A stretch of 64,000 nt of DNA from Macrostomum lignano. Taxonomy: Eukaryota. The position numbers were made by a program, and so were the translations under genes. Positions within the stretch are counted from its first letter, which is position 1, and each line of letters starts with the position of its first letter. This document shows positions 24,063-36,276 of this stretch, in pieces. The stretch spans positions 186,001 to 250,000 of the forward strand of contig NIVC01000894.1 of the NCBI GenBank assembly GCA_002269645.1. The letters are read 5' to 3'. A model generated the notes under the pieces. It had not been told where the DNA came from and made no database searches. It saw nothing but the letters and a program-made list of their open reading frames with translations.

Positions 24063-24738
24063 ATGGAGTAGCGAGTGAGCTTTAGTCCTGGCCATGAGCA
24101 TGAGCACACACTCAGGGAGGGCTGAGAACACAGCACACACACAAGGCGTCGTTTTTGTTGCCATGACAACAAAACATTTTAGGCCTCTACAAAAAACGAT
24201 TTTTCCAAGTCTTCCACATTTTTATTCAGTTTAAATAGTGAAAAAATGAGAGTGATAAATTCATTTTAAAAAAATTAAATAAATATCTTTGCATTCAAAG
24301 ATATGAGTGAGAATTCAAGATTGAGTCTTGTAGTTGAGTCTGAGAAGAACAATCATGTGCTCACGCTGTTTATTTTTGCACTGATCTGCTTAACCGCAAC
24401 AAAGTATTTCCCAGTTCTAGAGCTGGCCATTTATTCTTATTTAAATATAAATAAATAAATAAAGTTAAATATAAATAAAAATATTATTCTTTTTTGCTTT
24501 CTAGTTGCACCAATTTTGCAATAAAAGCCACAGTAGCACACCGACTGCTTTAAGTAGCCACGCACTGACATTACAGCAGTTCTGCTGTCCCCTCAGAGCC
24601 AATGGGAGAGGCAGAAAGGCAGGGTGAGAAGGAATTCGCTGCAGCTGCTCCAGGGCCAATAAAACCTGCTGCAGAGGTGGCCGCTGCCCTGCCGGACTCT
24701 CGGGCTGAGCTGAGACACCTGCGACTGAGCTTGCAGCC

Positions 24739-27700
24739 ATGGCAGAGCGAGGGCGACTACCACCACCACCACCAGCATCACCACCACCATCACCACCAAT
24801 AAGACGACGAAGTTCACTAGGAGAGCCACCAAAGCCACCAAAGCCACCAAAGCCACCAAAGCCACCAAAGCCACCAAAGCCACCAAAGCCACCAAAGCCA
24901 CCAAAGCCACCAAAGCCACCAAGGCCACTACTTGACGAAGAAGTAAGTGACGTTAAAGTGACCAAATTAAAACACATTAATACCTGAAGGAGGTTCCACT
25001 GCAGTTGCAAAGACTCACTCACCTGTTTGAATGAGCAGCTTGGGTGCCTCAATTGCAGTTGCAGGAGCTCACTCAGCCGGACCCCACCAACCGGGCAAGC
25101 GTCAGATCCTCACCAGCCGATCTCCAGACTCTCGCCCACGACGTCATCCGAGGTGACTTCGACCAGGTGCGGCGGCTGGCAACGCTCCAGCTGGTCACCA
25201 GCGCTGATGCAGCTCGTCGGACCGTCCTCATGCTGGTGGCCGACGCTCCTGAGACTCCCGTGCACACTGAAAAGTGCATCTTGTACTTATTTGAGCTGGG
25301 CGCGAAACCCAAGGCGGCTGACGCGAACGGCGACACGGCTGCGCACCTGGCAGCCCGTCGGGACCACCTGCGGCTGCTGACGCTGCTGTCGTTCGATGCG
25401 AAGTGGCTGCGGAACGACGACGGCGCCACTCCGCTGATGGAGGCGGCGCGGACTGGAAGCTGGAAATGCGCCAAGCACCTGCTGCATCTGCTCAGGCAGA
25501 TAAGATTCAATGAGTTTTTTCAGCACGGAAACTCAAAGAGGTCGCTGCTGCTCGGACTGCAGGATCGCGAGGGTCGGACGGCGTCGGACCTGGCGAGTCG
25601 CAGTGGTCACTCAGAGCTGGCCAGCTACATCGAGCGGTGAGTGAGCAGTTCGCTGCTGTGTCCATCAAGTTTTGCAGCATTCGGCTGGGGTGGCCAGACC
25701 TGCAGTCTCAGGTCAGCCAATCAGAGCCAGTCAGCTGAGCTTGTCTCTGTCTGACTGCTTGATGGGCGACAGCTGTGATTGGCTGGCTGCCTCACAGCCA
25801 ATGGGGTGCCGGCTGATCTCAGTCGAGAGTGGAAACTGTAGGGACTGTGCGTACGTGCTTTTTTGGAGACATTGTGAGATGGAAGGAAACTCATGCTGCA
25901 GAAATGGAAAATGAGCTGCGTATGAGAAGTCGGATGCGCTCTCAATGCTGATTGTCGCAGAGCTGCTGCAGTTCTCTTGGAAACTCCATCTGCGAGCAGC
26001 TCAGATAGTTAGGAATTTATTCTGCTTACTAAATTTATCATAAATATTTATTTTGGCGATCGTAGTTGTCGGATTTGAGAAAATTGGAAATTCGCTGCTC
26101 ATTTTTGCTGTTGCAGGGAGATGTGGCTGCTTGTGGATGCATCTGGCAGGATCTCCGGTCTGACAGACCAGGTGAGCGGCATCTGCGGTGCCGATGCGGC
26201 TGCAGCTGAGCAGCTGTGCTCAAATTTCCCGCTCGCTTTTGCAGGAGGAGGCAGATCGACAGGAACTGCGGCGGCTGGCCAAGGCGGGCGACTCGGCGGG
26301 GCTGCGGCGAGCGGTGACCCGCGGCAGCTGCGACCTGCCTGACCATGAGGGTCGCACTGCGTTGACGTGGGCTGCTGAGAACAGCTCGTGCGGTGATGAG
26401 GCTCTGTGGGAGCAGCTGGTGCTGCTGGGTGACCCCACCTGTGCGACCATATGGGCTACAAGTTGCCTGCACTGGGCAGCCGAGGCTGGCAATTCTGCCG
26501 CATCCTCCGCTCTGCTGGCTTCCGGAGCCTCCGCCAATGCCAGGGGTCGGGCTGAATTCACGCCCCTCATGCTGGCAGCCATCATTGCGCCCCCCGACAC
26601 CGCCGCCGCAGTGGGTCGGGTTCTGCTGGACTCAGGGGCGGATTGGAACCTGAAGACCAGAGACGGCAGGACTGCGCTGTATTTGGCCACACAGAAGGGA
26701 AATATCGAACTGGCTGAGCTGCTGCGTGGGTGAGTTTCCATGGCGACTGAGAATGTCTCTCTGACTTTGATTTATCATTGATAAAATCATGCTGTACTTT
26801 ATGATTGAATATTGAGCAGCTGACTGCAGTTGCTCTGAGTGGGCATTTTAACATTTTTGTAGTTTAAATGGGCAGCAGACACTGACTGAGCTGCATTGAG
26901 GGAGTTTGCAGTGCAGTTTGACTGCAGATTGCCAGTTGAATATTAATGTTCAGCTGCCTGCGAGCTGTGAGACACCAGCAAACATTTTGCTGTGACAGTT
27001 GAGTTTAATTTCAACATCTGAAATTTTTTGTGCTTTTCTGCTAATATCATTTTTTACAATAAAACAAAAGTATTAATGAAATCTGTTTCATAGTTAATTA
27101 AAACAAAATGAAGAAATGAAGCACAGAGCATGGGCTCTCAACTGAATTCCCTCTTGACTTCAGACTCCGCACTGCCTATTTAGGTACGACGGCAAGATTT
27201 ACTTCGAGGAGTCTCTGGCACCGCCGTGAGTTCCTTCAGCACACACAGCTACAGCACACACAGCTACAGCACACAGCTACAGCACACACAGCTACAGCAC
27301 ACAGCTACAGCACACAGCTACAGCACACAGCTACAGCACACACAGCTACAGCACACACAGCTACAACACACAGCTACAGCACACAGCAACAGCACACAGC
27401 TACAGCACAGACAGCTACAGCATGCAAATTATCCCTCATTGCTTCAATTCGCATTCCCTCAGACCCGAAGGTCCTCCGTTCCTGAAGCGCTGGGACGCCG
27501 TTCGCCTCATCGGCCGAGGAGGCTTCGGCGAAGTCCAGGAAGTTCGAACTGACACGGGCGTCACGTGCGCTGCCAAGACTCTCAGACTGCCTGTGCAGCT
27601 CGGTGATGACCAAACCTCTGTGAGCACAGAGATCCACAGAGCTGTCGAGAGCGAGAGAAACCTGTGCCGACTGCAGCATCCCAACATCGTCAGATTCTTG

Positions 27701-29758
27701 CACATCGCTCAGCCGAAGCCCGCCACAGTCGTTGTATTCATGGAGCTGCTGGACGGCCGAAGCTTGGGAGGTTTATCGACAACAAGCCGCTGGACGAGCT
27801 GACGATTCGAGACTTCAGCGAGCAGGTGAGCATTGTGCATCCTTGATGCTCCAGTTCCATGTTCCATGAATGATGACTGCTCACTGACCGACCGCTCGTA
27901 GATCTGCCGCGCGCTGCTTTACCTGCACAGCCGGCAGCCGCCCGTGATCCACAGAGACATCAACTGCTCGAACATAATTGTTTGTGCTGACAACACGCGA
28001 ATCAAGCTGATCGACTTTGGCCTGTCAGTCAAGCTGGAGCAGTCAGTCAGCCACATCTCAGCCTCCAAAGCCACCCCGAAGGCACTCTGAACTTCTTGGC
28101 TCCGGAGCTGCTGGCACCGGAAGAGTCGGACAGCCCGCGGTACAGCAGAGAGTCGGATATCTGGGCGTTCGGCTGCTCGGTCTTCCAGATGGTCTCGGGC
28201 AGGCGGCCCTTCGCTGAGCACAAAATGCTTCACACGCTGCCCGAAAGGCTGAGAAGCAGCGGCGCCCCCGCCCTGCCGACGGGCTGCTCAGTGGAGCTGC
28301 AAGACTTCTACAGCCGCTGCACCGCCATGGACCGCAAAAGCAGAAAGTCCGCACTGGAGCTGATGGGGCACGAGTTCCTCATCGTCAGGTAGAAATGTAC
28401 AGTTACTGGGCTAGCCTTAGATGCCTATGCGATATGATGCTAATGCATAGGTGAGAACGGAGTTGCATTGTTTTATAACCAGTCATGCGGGCTCACTGTG
28501 CTCACGCTAAAGATGCGCCACCTAAATTGAGCAGTGAGCATTGAGAGGTGTTAGCTTGAACCTCAGAAAAATAAAATTGTGCCTATACTGCATTGATAAA
28601 GCGAAATCCCTGCTCAGACGTAGACAGTTCGAGGGAGTTCCTGGGAATCTGTGGGGCTGCTGTGTCAGATGCGTTTTACTGAATATGATATCCGACAAAA
28701 TCCTCCAACTGCAGTGACGCCCGTGCATCCCCTAATTTTAGTCTGTCTGTCAGGCAATGCAAAAAGTCTGAATAGCAGCTCAACGCTTTCTGAGTCGCTT
28801 TCCAATGTTCCCAACAGCTCCATTTTCAGGAAGAGCTGGGACTCCACTCGGTTCGTTGCAAGAGGATGCTTTGGTGACATCCAGGAAGTTGTCACCGACA
28901 GAGGCATCAGGTGCACCGCCAAGACTCTCAGACTGCCTGTGCAGCTTGGTGATGACCAAATCTCTGTGAGCACAGAGATCCACAGAGCTGTCGAGAGCGA
29001 GAAAAACCTGTGCCGACTGCGGCATCCCAACATCGTCAGGTTCTTGCACATCGCTCAGCCGGAGCCCGCCACAGTCGTTGTGTTCATGGAGCTGCTGGAC
29101 GGCCGAAGCTTGGAGAGGTTCATCGACAACAACAAGCCGCTCGACGAGCTGACGATTCGAGACTTCAGCGAGCAGGTGAGCATTGTGCATCCTTGATGCT
29201 ACTGTTCCATGTTCCATGAATGATGACTGCTCACTGACCAACCGCTCGTAGATCTGCTGCACGCTGCTCTACCTGCACAGCCGGCAGCCGCCCGTGATCC
29301 ACAGAGACATCAACTGCTCGAACATAATTGTTTGTGCTGACAACACGCGAATCAAGCTGATCGACTTCGGCCTGTCGATCAAGCTAGAGCAGTCAGTCAG
29401 TCGCCACTCAGCTTTTCCCGAGTCATTGAAAGGTACTTTGAGCTTCATGGCGCCAGAGCTGCTCGGAATCGGCACCTCGGAATGCGAGCAGTACAGCAGA
29501 GAGTCGGACATCTGGGCGTTCGGCTGCTCGGTCTTCCAGATGGCCTCCGGTACCAAACCGTTCTCAAAAGTAAAAAACTTCTGGGAAATGGCACTTGATC
29601 TTTACAGGAGGGGCGCCCCCGCCCTGCCGGAGGGCCGGTCCGCAGAGTTTCAGGATTTCTACAGCCGCTGCACCGCCAAGGACCGCAGTGAGAGACACTC
29701 GGCAGAAAAGCTGTTGGAGCACGAGTTCTTGAGGAAAAAGTCTGACTCACAGCACTAA
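24739..29758 (+). CDS. Ankyrin-repeat tandem-kinase gene, copy 2 (Pro-rich N-term-ANK-ANK-K1-K2; about 1024 aa if corrected)
   Basis: Exons 24739-24942, 25065-25636, 26117-26171, 26245-26729, 27184-27225, 27463-27825, 27902-28388, 28818-29175, 29252-29758. K1 has 1-nt deletions at about 27767 and 28075. K2 is intact. Confidence 0.77.
24826..24925 (+). repeat. Coding microsatellite (CCAAAGCCA)n encoding about 10 PPK repeats in copy 2 exon 1
   Basis: In frame within [12 protein letters not shown]...[11 protein letters not shown]...PRPLLDEE|gtaagt. Confidence 0.85.
25065..25636 (+). CDS. Copy 2 exon 2: ankyrin block A
   Basis: Same ankyrin motifs as copy 1; GAGCG|gtgagt donor. Confidence 0.88.
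26245..26729 (+). CDS. Copy 2 exon 4: ankyrin block B
   Basis: [39 protein letters not shown]. Confidence 0.9.
27238..27421. repeat. Intronic CACAGCTACAG-type microsatellite, copy 2 (short)
   Basis: Read directly from the sequence. Confidence 0.93.
27463..28388 (+). pseudogene. Copy 2 kinase K1, two 1-nt deletions
   Basis: TTGGGAGG vs TTGGAGAGG at about 27767, plus the same ACCCCGAAGGC frameshift as copy 1 at about 28075. Confidence 0.8.
28818..29758 (+). CDS. Copy 2 kinase K2, intact MEKK/STE11-like domain (2 exons)
   Basis: [54 protein letters not shown]; no disruption. Confidence 0.87.
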
Positions 29759-30707
29759 GCCGAGTTGCTTTAAATACCATCTATGAAGATTTTGTATCTT
29801 TTTTGTATGCTACGCGTCAATTAAGATTTCTGTTTTTCAAAGTTCAGCCAACAGTACTTGGCCAAGGACTAGCTACTCAAAAGAACTCTACGAAATTTAG
29901 ACTTTAGAACTATTGTCAAATAGATCAAGCCTACTGGCAACGCTTTCAATTGTCACACGCTAGAGCAGATATTTTGAACATAGACTGTAAACTAAAATAA
30001 TATGAAGATCAATTATTCATGAAAATATCTTTACAAAATCCGTTGAAGCAACATGTTTTGTAAGTTATATCAAAAGAAGAGCATTGTATCGGCTTCCAAT
30101 AAAAAGCTATCACCATTTTAGAGTGAAAAAAAGTGAAAATTTCCTATCTCGCTAGTGCATTTTTCCGTGAAAATCAGCCTTTAATAAATTTTCCAAGAAA
30201 CGAAGTGTCCCGTCCTTCTGCTTCTAGTGGTCCTTGGTATTAAGCGTTCAACGATTGCGTGCAAACAATTTTCACAGAAAAAAATATGAATATGAGAACA
30301 ACAAGCAAAAAGCGAAACAAATACGACTCATGTAAGTACAAAAAAACGTGGTGAACACAGATGTTATTGCTCTGTCACTTATTCCTACTACTTATTGATA
30401 TTGTATTGATATTGATAGTGCAATTTGCGAACTGGCAGTTGAAGAACACTGCAGCATTGGTATTCTCACGAACAGTTGCTGCCTCGTGGCTGATGATGCT
30501 TTTGCTGCTAGTCGAGACGAATTTTTGTTGCAGCTACTTACGTCTATGGTTCAAATCAGACTCTTACAAGCTTCGTTCTGGCGAAGAAAAAACTTGTCTA
30601 TAGCCTCAAGCAACCAAAATTTCTCGTCTTTTTAGCGTCGAACAATCAGATTCGCTTTATCGTTGAACAATGATGGATTGTTCAACGCTGATCAAAAGCG
30701 TACATCT

Positions 30708-30899
30708 ATGAGACAATGTTGATGCGTATGTGGTTTGATCATTGACAATGATTAAGTGTCACTCGTGGCCTATGAGACAATGTGGATGCGTATGTGGTTT
30801 GATCATTAACAATGATTAAGTATCACTCGTGGCCTATGAGACAATGTGGATGCGTATGTGGTTTGATCATTAACAATGATTAAGTGTCACTCCTGGCTC
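30708..30899. repeat. 64-bp tandem repeat x3
   Basis: ATGAGACAATGTGGATGCGTATGTGGTTTGATCATTAACAATGATTAAGTGTCACTCGTGGCCT. Confidence 0.9.
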
Positions 30900-31142
30900 A
30901 GGGATCTGATGGAGAAATGGGGAAGGAGAGCAATAATTTACTTGTACATTAGAGTTCATTCACTGGCTGAGGCAGGGTTCGTGTCCTCAGCTTTTCCGGC
31001 TGAGCGCTCGCATTGGCTGAAAGCAAAGCCCTTACAGTTGAATTCGGATGCATTGCAGCACAAAAGTTTCACTTCATCATGATGCACAATTGCCAGGCTT
31101 CTCAAAAACCCTCCGAAGTGTTTTGCTTGCAAAAGCAAAAGT

Positions 31143-31424
31143 TTATTTAAATCTTTTCGAAAGATGACCAAACAAGAGCTTCAGATTCGCTGCAAGGACA
31201 GACCAAAAAGGGCAAAAGTGCCACAGGCCGCACCTCAAGGCAGACAACTGTAGAAAAGCAAGATAAGTGGAGCCACCGAGGCTGCACCTGAGCTTAGATC
31301 GAGCAAGGTCTTCCCGATAAGAGAGTCGCGGAAAGCTCACCTGAGAGCAGGCAGCCATGCAGCCCCAAGAATCAGCTGACACTGACGTCAAGATCAAAAG
31401 CAGCACGGGACAGGAGAGCTGCAT
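31143..31424 (-). CDS. Candidate small secreted Cys-containing peptide (exons 31424-31341, 31247-31143; 62 aa)
   Basis: Signal-peptide-like MQLSCPVLLLILTSVSA, then DSWGCMAACSQ|LSALRCGLWHFCPFWSVLAANLKLLFGHLSKRFK. Donor CAG|gtgagc and acceptor cttgcttttctacag|, in phase. Splice sites are conserved in degenerate copies at about 58070-58353 and 59470-59700. Confidence 0.35.
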   Translation of the reverse strand: MQLSCPVLLLILTSVSADSWGCMAACSQVSFPRLSYREDLARSKLRCSLGGSTYLAFLQLSALRCGLWHFCPFWSVLAANLKLLFGHLSKRFK

Positions 31425-31977
31425 AATAAGCTGTTTAGCTGTTTACTAATTTTGAGCAGCTGTGCGAGCTTTGAAAGCTTTGGGTTATGATAAAAATTTT
31501 CTGTTGGTTGCGGAACTCACAGTGAGGCAGTTTGACTGCAGCGGAAAGTTCAAGAATCACGTCATAGTGCTGTTCAGCCAACCTTTGCTGCCTGCGTGCT
31601 TTGCATGTGGTCATGATTAAGCATTTTCTCATTTTAGAATTAATTGTTAGCTAAAGAGCTTGGCTTTAAAGTGAGCTGCGTCTGATATAGCTCAGGGAAG
31701 GGCTGATTGAGAGTGCTCAGACAAATACGCTTAAATTATTGAAACATTTTTACTGAAAACTTTTAATTTTGTGTCACCAGACAGCCATTTCGGTTTTTCA
31801 ATCTATTTCAATTTTCATATCCATATACTAAAAATTCTCCTTAATTCTGCACACCAAGCTGGCTCCGCGTCATGCTACTGTCAGCACATCGAGTGCTTGA
31901 GTCGCTTATTTTTGTTGAAATAAAAAAAAACTGAGAAAGTTTGATGTGAGAGTTTCTTTGTTTTTTTAGAGTGCCGA

Positions 31978-32145
31978 ATTCTCAGATGCTGGGAGATTCT
32001 GAGATGCTGGGAGATTCTGAGATGCTGGGAGATTCTGAGATGCTGGAAGATTCTGAGATGCTGGGAGATTCTGAGATGCTGGGAGATTCTGAGATGCTGG
32101 GAGATTCTGAGATGCTGGAAGATTCTGAGATGCTGGGAGATTCTA
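31978..32145. repeat. 18-bp minisatellite (TTCTGAGATGCTGGGAGA)n
   Basis: Homologous to 60008-60458. Confidence 0.93.
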
Positions 32146-32207
32146 AGGATAAAAATTATGCCAATCGACATAGACCAATGAATTGAACCGGACACAAACC
32201 GCAGTGA

Positions 32208-33790
32208 ATTCTATCTGCATATTCTATCTGCATATTCTATCTGCATATTCTATCTGCATATTCCATCTGCATATTCTATCTGCATATTCTATCTGCATAT
32301 TCTATCTGCATATTCTATCTGCATATTCTATCTGCATATTCTATCTGCATATTCTATCTGCATATTCCATCTGCATATTCTATCTGCATATTCTATCTGC
32401 ATATTCTATCTGCATATTCTATCTGCATATTCTATCTGCATATTCTATCTGCATATTCTATCTGCATATTCTATCTGCATATTCTATCTGCATATTCTAT
32501 CTGCATATTCTATCTGCATATTCTATCTGCATATTCTATCTGCATATTCTATCTGCATATTCTATCTGCATATTCCATCTGCATATTCTATCTGCATATT
32601 CCATCTGCATATTCCATCTGCATATTCTCTCTGCATATTCCATCTGCATATTCCATCTGCATATTCCATCTGCATATTCTATCTGCATATTCTATCTGCA
32701 TATTCTATCTGCATATTCTATCTGCATATTCTATCTGCATATTCTCTCTGTATATTCTATCTGCATTTTCTATCTGCATTTTCTCTCTGCATATTCCATC
32801 TGCATATTCTATCTGCATTTTCTCTCTGCATATTCCATCTGCATATTCTATCTGCATATTCTATCTGCATATTCCATCTGCATATTCTATCTGCATATTC
32901 TATCTGCATATTCTATCTGCATATTCTATCTGCATATTCCATCTGCATATTCTATCTGCATATTCTATCTGCATATTCTATCTGCATATTCTCTCTGTAT
33001 ATTCCATCTGCATATTCTATCTGCATATTCTATCTGCATATTCTATCTGCATATTCCATCTGCATATTCTATCTGCATATTCTATCTGCATATTCTATCT
33101 GCATATTCTATCTGCATATTCCATCTGCATATTCCATCTGCATATTCTATCTGCATATTCTATCTGCATATTCCATCTGCATATTCTATCTGCATATTCT
33201 ATCTGCATATTCTATCTGCATATTCTATCTGCATATTCTCTCTGTATATTCTATCTGCATATTCTATCTGCATATTCTATCTGCATATTCTATCTGCATA
33301 TTCTCTCTGTATATTCTATCTGCATATTCTATCTGCATATTCTATCTGCATATTCTATCTGCATATTCTCTCTGTATATTCTATCTGCATATTCTATCTG
33401 CATATTCCATCTGCATATTCTATCTGCATATTCTATCTGCATATTCTCTCTGCATATTCTCTCTGCATATTCTATTTGCATTTTCTCTCTGCATATTCCA
33501 TCTGCATATTCTATCTGCATATTCTCTCTGTATATTCTATCTGCATATTCTATCTGCATTTTCTCTCTGCATATTCCATCTGCATATTCTATCTGCATTT
33601 TCTCTCTGCATATTCTATCTGCATATTCTCTCTGCATATTCTCTCTGCATATTCTATCTGCATATTCCATCTGCATATTCTATCTGCATATTCTCTCTGC
33701 ATATTCTCTCTGCATATTCTATCTGCATATTCTATCTGCATATTCTATCTGCATATTCTCTCTGCATACTCTCTCTGCATATTCCATCTG
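32208..33790. repeat. 13-bp minisatellite (ATCTGCATATTCT)n, about 1.6 kb
   Basis: Read directly. The 574-aa ORF over it is an artefact. Related to the 9118-10715 satellite. Confidence 0.97.
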
Positions 33791-35191
33791 CTACTCTCAA
33801 GTATACCAGTATTTTCACATCAAATCACTCTCCACCTCTCTCATCTCTGCATTTTTTCACTGCCCACTCGACTCTGCAAGTCTGCACTCAAACCTCTACT
33901 GCCATAAGTAGTATGCGTTCCGTATAAAGGAGAGTCCGAGACCGAGGCACCGGGCTCGCATTCAGCCAATCAGGTGCAGGCAGTGCATCTCTCAGACACT
34001 GTCTTCTCATACGATAATCGCGGTATCTTTAGGACTGTGTGCCAGCCTGTGTGGAACTTCTGACTTTTTTAGTTCTTCAAGCAATGCACATTTACAAAAA
34101 ACTTCATTTTTCAAATATTTCATAGCTTGCGCTGTCCATTAACTTATTATTTCCTAATCTGCGCTGGCACCCGCTTTAGTATATCAGTAGCAGCATGAGC
34201 CTCAGTAGTAGCAGTGGCACAGGGACTACTAAATACTCTAAGTATTGCTCTGCTCTAAGTATTTAGTAGTCCCTGTAGCTGCACCAGCGTCTTCAATCTA
34301 TCACTTTACAAATTTATTACTTTATTACAGAATACTGATTGCATATAAAAATTATACTATTACATAATGCTTAATTCAAAGCGGATACATTAAAACAACT
34401 AAAATCTGTTTCAGTGGAAATCAGGCTACGATACGCTGATGACTTACCATGTTGATGCAGCCTGTTCTGCAGCTTCTTTTCATGCTTATCATTAATGGCG
34501 AGATTACTGATCTCAGAGTTTAGCTGCCCCATCTCATTCTATTGAAGTTCATTGTCTTAAAATTGATGCTGCATAAAAGCGCGAAGCCTGATCCAAATTT
34601 AGTCTGTAAAAGTTTTATAGCGAGGATTTTGCTAGCCGAACATGCTGCATACCTTGCACTTTGCTCGCTTTTCTATGCGATCTCATTGCTATTCGATAGT
34701 GCAGTAAAAGTGACTCCCTGCTTAGACAAATCATACTGTCCGCCACAGACATTTTGGTTCTGCCGCACCTCACCACGCACTCTTCAGGCAAATGTTCCTG
34801 TATTAATGGTGAAGATCTTTACATTTGTTGCTCATTATGGGCTGTTCTGTCTGCGCTTTGTCATGAAACCACCAGCGCTAAATACACACATTATCAAACG
34901 TACTCGTATTCATAGAATGCTTTAACAAAGGCGGCTTCGAAAACTCTCACATCCCAAAGCAAGAAGACGTTTTCAGTAACAAAGTTTGGAGTCTGAGTGG
35001 GTGTGAAGAAAATGAGAAAGGTACAATGAGTGAGGTGTGTAATAAAAACACATTATATCGCGAGATGAAAAATACACTTGAATGTCGATCTTCTGCTGGA
35101 TTGGAATCTTACAGCTTCAGTGTGTTTGGATTAGAGATGTTTCCAGACTCCTCCATAAGCAGCGCCAGCAGCAGCACCTGCACATGGCTTT

Positions 35192-35638
35192 GGCAAGGAC
35201 CACTGGGAACACTGTATGCAGTGCCATACAGGACCATACTTCAACGCCATAGACTTGAGAACTCTTACGGCCCTCAAAAGAGCGAAATACAACACAGTCA
35301 AGCTTGAGTCCTCGTGGACGTCGGAAGCCAGACCGTAGAGGAAAAATGCTGACATGACGTACTTTCAGGAGCCTGACGTAGAAAAAAAGTATTAAAATTA
35401 GAAACACTTATATTTATAATTAAAATTTATACTAAATCAAAAATTAGAACCTACTCTGGCCCTTCTGCAACCTTGAAAACGAAGATGCCAAGCTGCACTT
35501 CGTCTGCCTCTGCCGAGCCTTCAACCGAGACCGGCTCCGCTGCCTCGGGTCCAACCCGTCCGCAGACGATTCCGGCTGGCCCGAGTTTCTCGGGGCCAAA
35601 AGACGAGCCTCTGTCTCTGGGCTTTTCAGGGTTTAGTG
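35192..35638 (+). mobile_element. LINE ORF2 3' remnant (duplicate of 21251-21696)
   Basis: Same Cys-His finger translation. Confidence 0.5.
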
Positions 35639-36276
35639 CAGGGTTTAAAAACTTTTACCTGAAGTGCCCGATGGAGAATCTAGCGCATGCCTGCGGGCGG
35701 GAGAGAGGAGTGCATTAGGAGGAGAGATAAGAGGAGATAGGAGAGAAAAGAAGGGGAGAAGAGAAGATAAGGGAGAGGACAGGAGAGAAGGGAGAGGAGA
35801 GAGGAGAGGAGAGGAGAGAAGGGAGAGCAGAGAAGAGAAGGGAGAGGAGAGAAGAAAAGAGAGACGAGAGAAGGGAGAGGAAAGGAGAGAAGGGAAGGGA
35901 GAGGAGAGAAGGGAGAGGAAAGGAGAGAAGGGAGAGGAAAGGAGAGAAGGGAGAGGAAAGGAGAGAAGAGAAGGGAGATGAGAGAAGAGAAGAGAGACGA
36001 GACGAGAGAAGCGAAGGGGAGGAGAGAAAAGAAGGGAGAGGAGAGAAGAGAGATGAGAGAACGGAGAGAAAAGGAGAGGAGAGAAGAGATAGGAGAGTAG
36101 AGAAGAGATAGGAGAGTAGAATAAAGAAGGGAGAGAAGAGAGGGAGAGAGGAGGGAAGTAGAGAGAGAAAAGGGGGATGAGAGGATTAGAGAGGAGAGAG
36201 CTGAGAAGAGACACAAACCTTGAGCGGGCCGGAGTGTTATTGTGGGCCGGGTAGAGCGGCCTGTAGTTTGCCCCTG
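35639..36276. mobile_element. hAT-like MITE with a longer internal GA microsatellite
   Basis: CAGGG...CCCCTG termini; duplicate of 21697-22200. Confidence 0.7.

Noticed and set aside
24602-24802. Upstream ATG ORF (MGEAERQ...poly-His) and a possible extra intron joining it in frame to MAERG
   Set aside because: The ATG is ACG and the acceptor is lost in copy 4. The poly-His is the alternative frame of the Pro-rich repeat. It cannot be supported without transcripts.
30160-30283. Short inverted repeat TTTTTCCGTGAAAAT / ATTTTCACAGAAAAA
   Set aside because: Only about 15 bp, AT-rich, and no TSD or extension. Insufficient for a MITE call.
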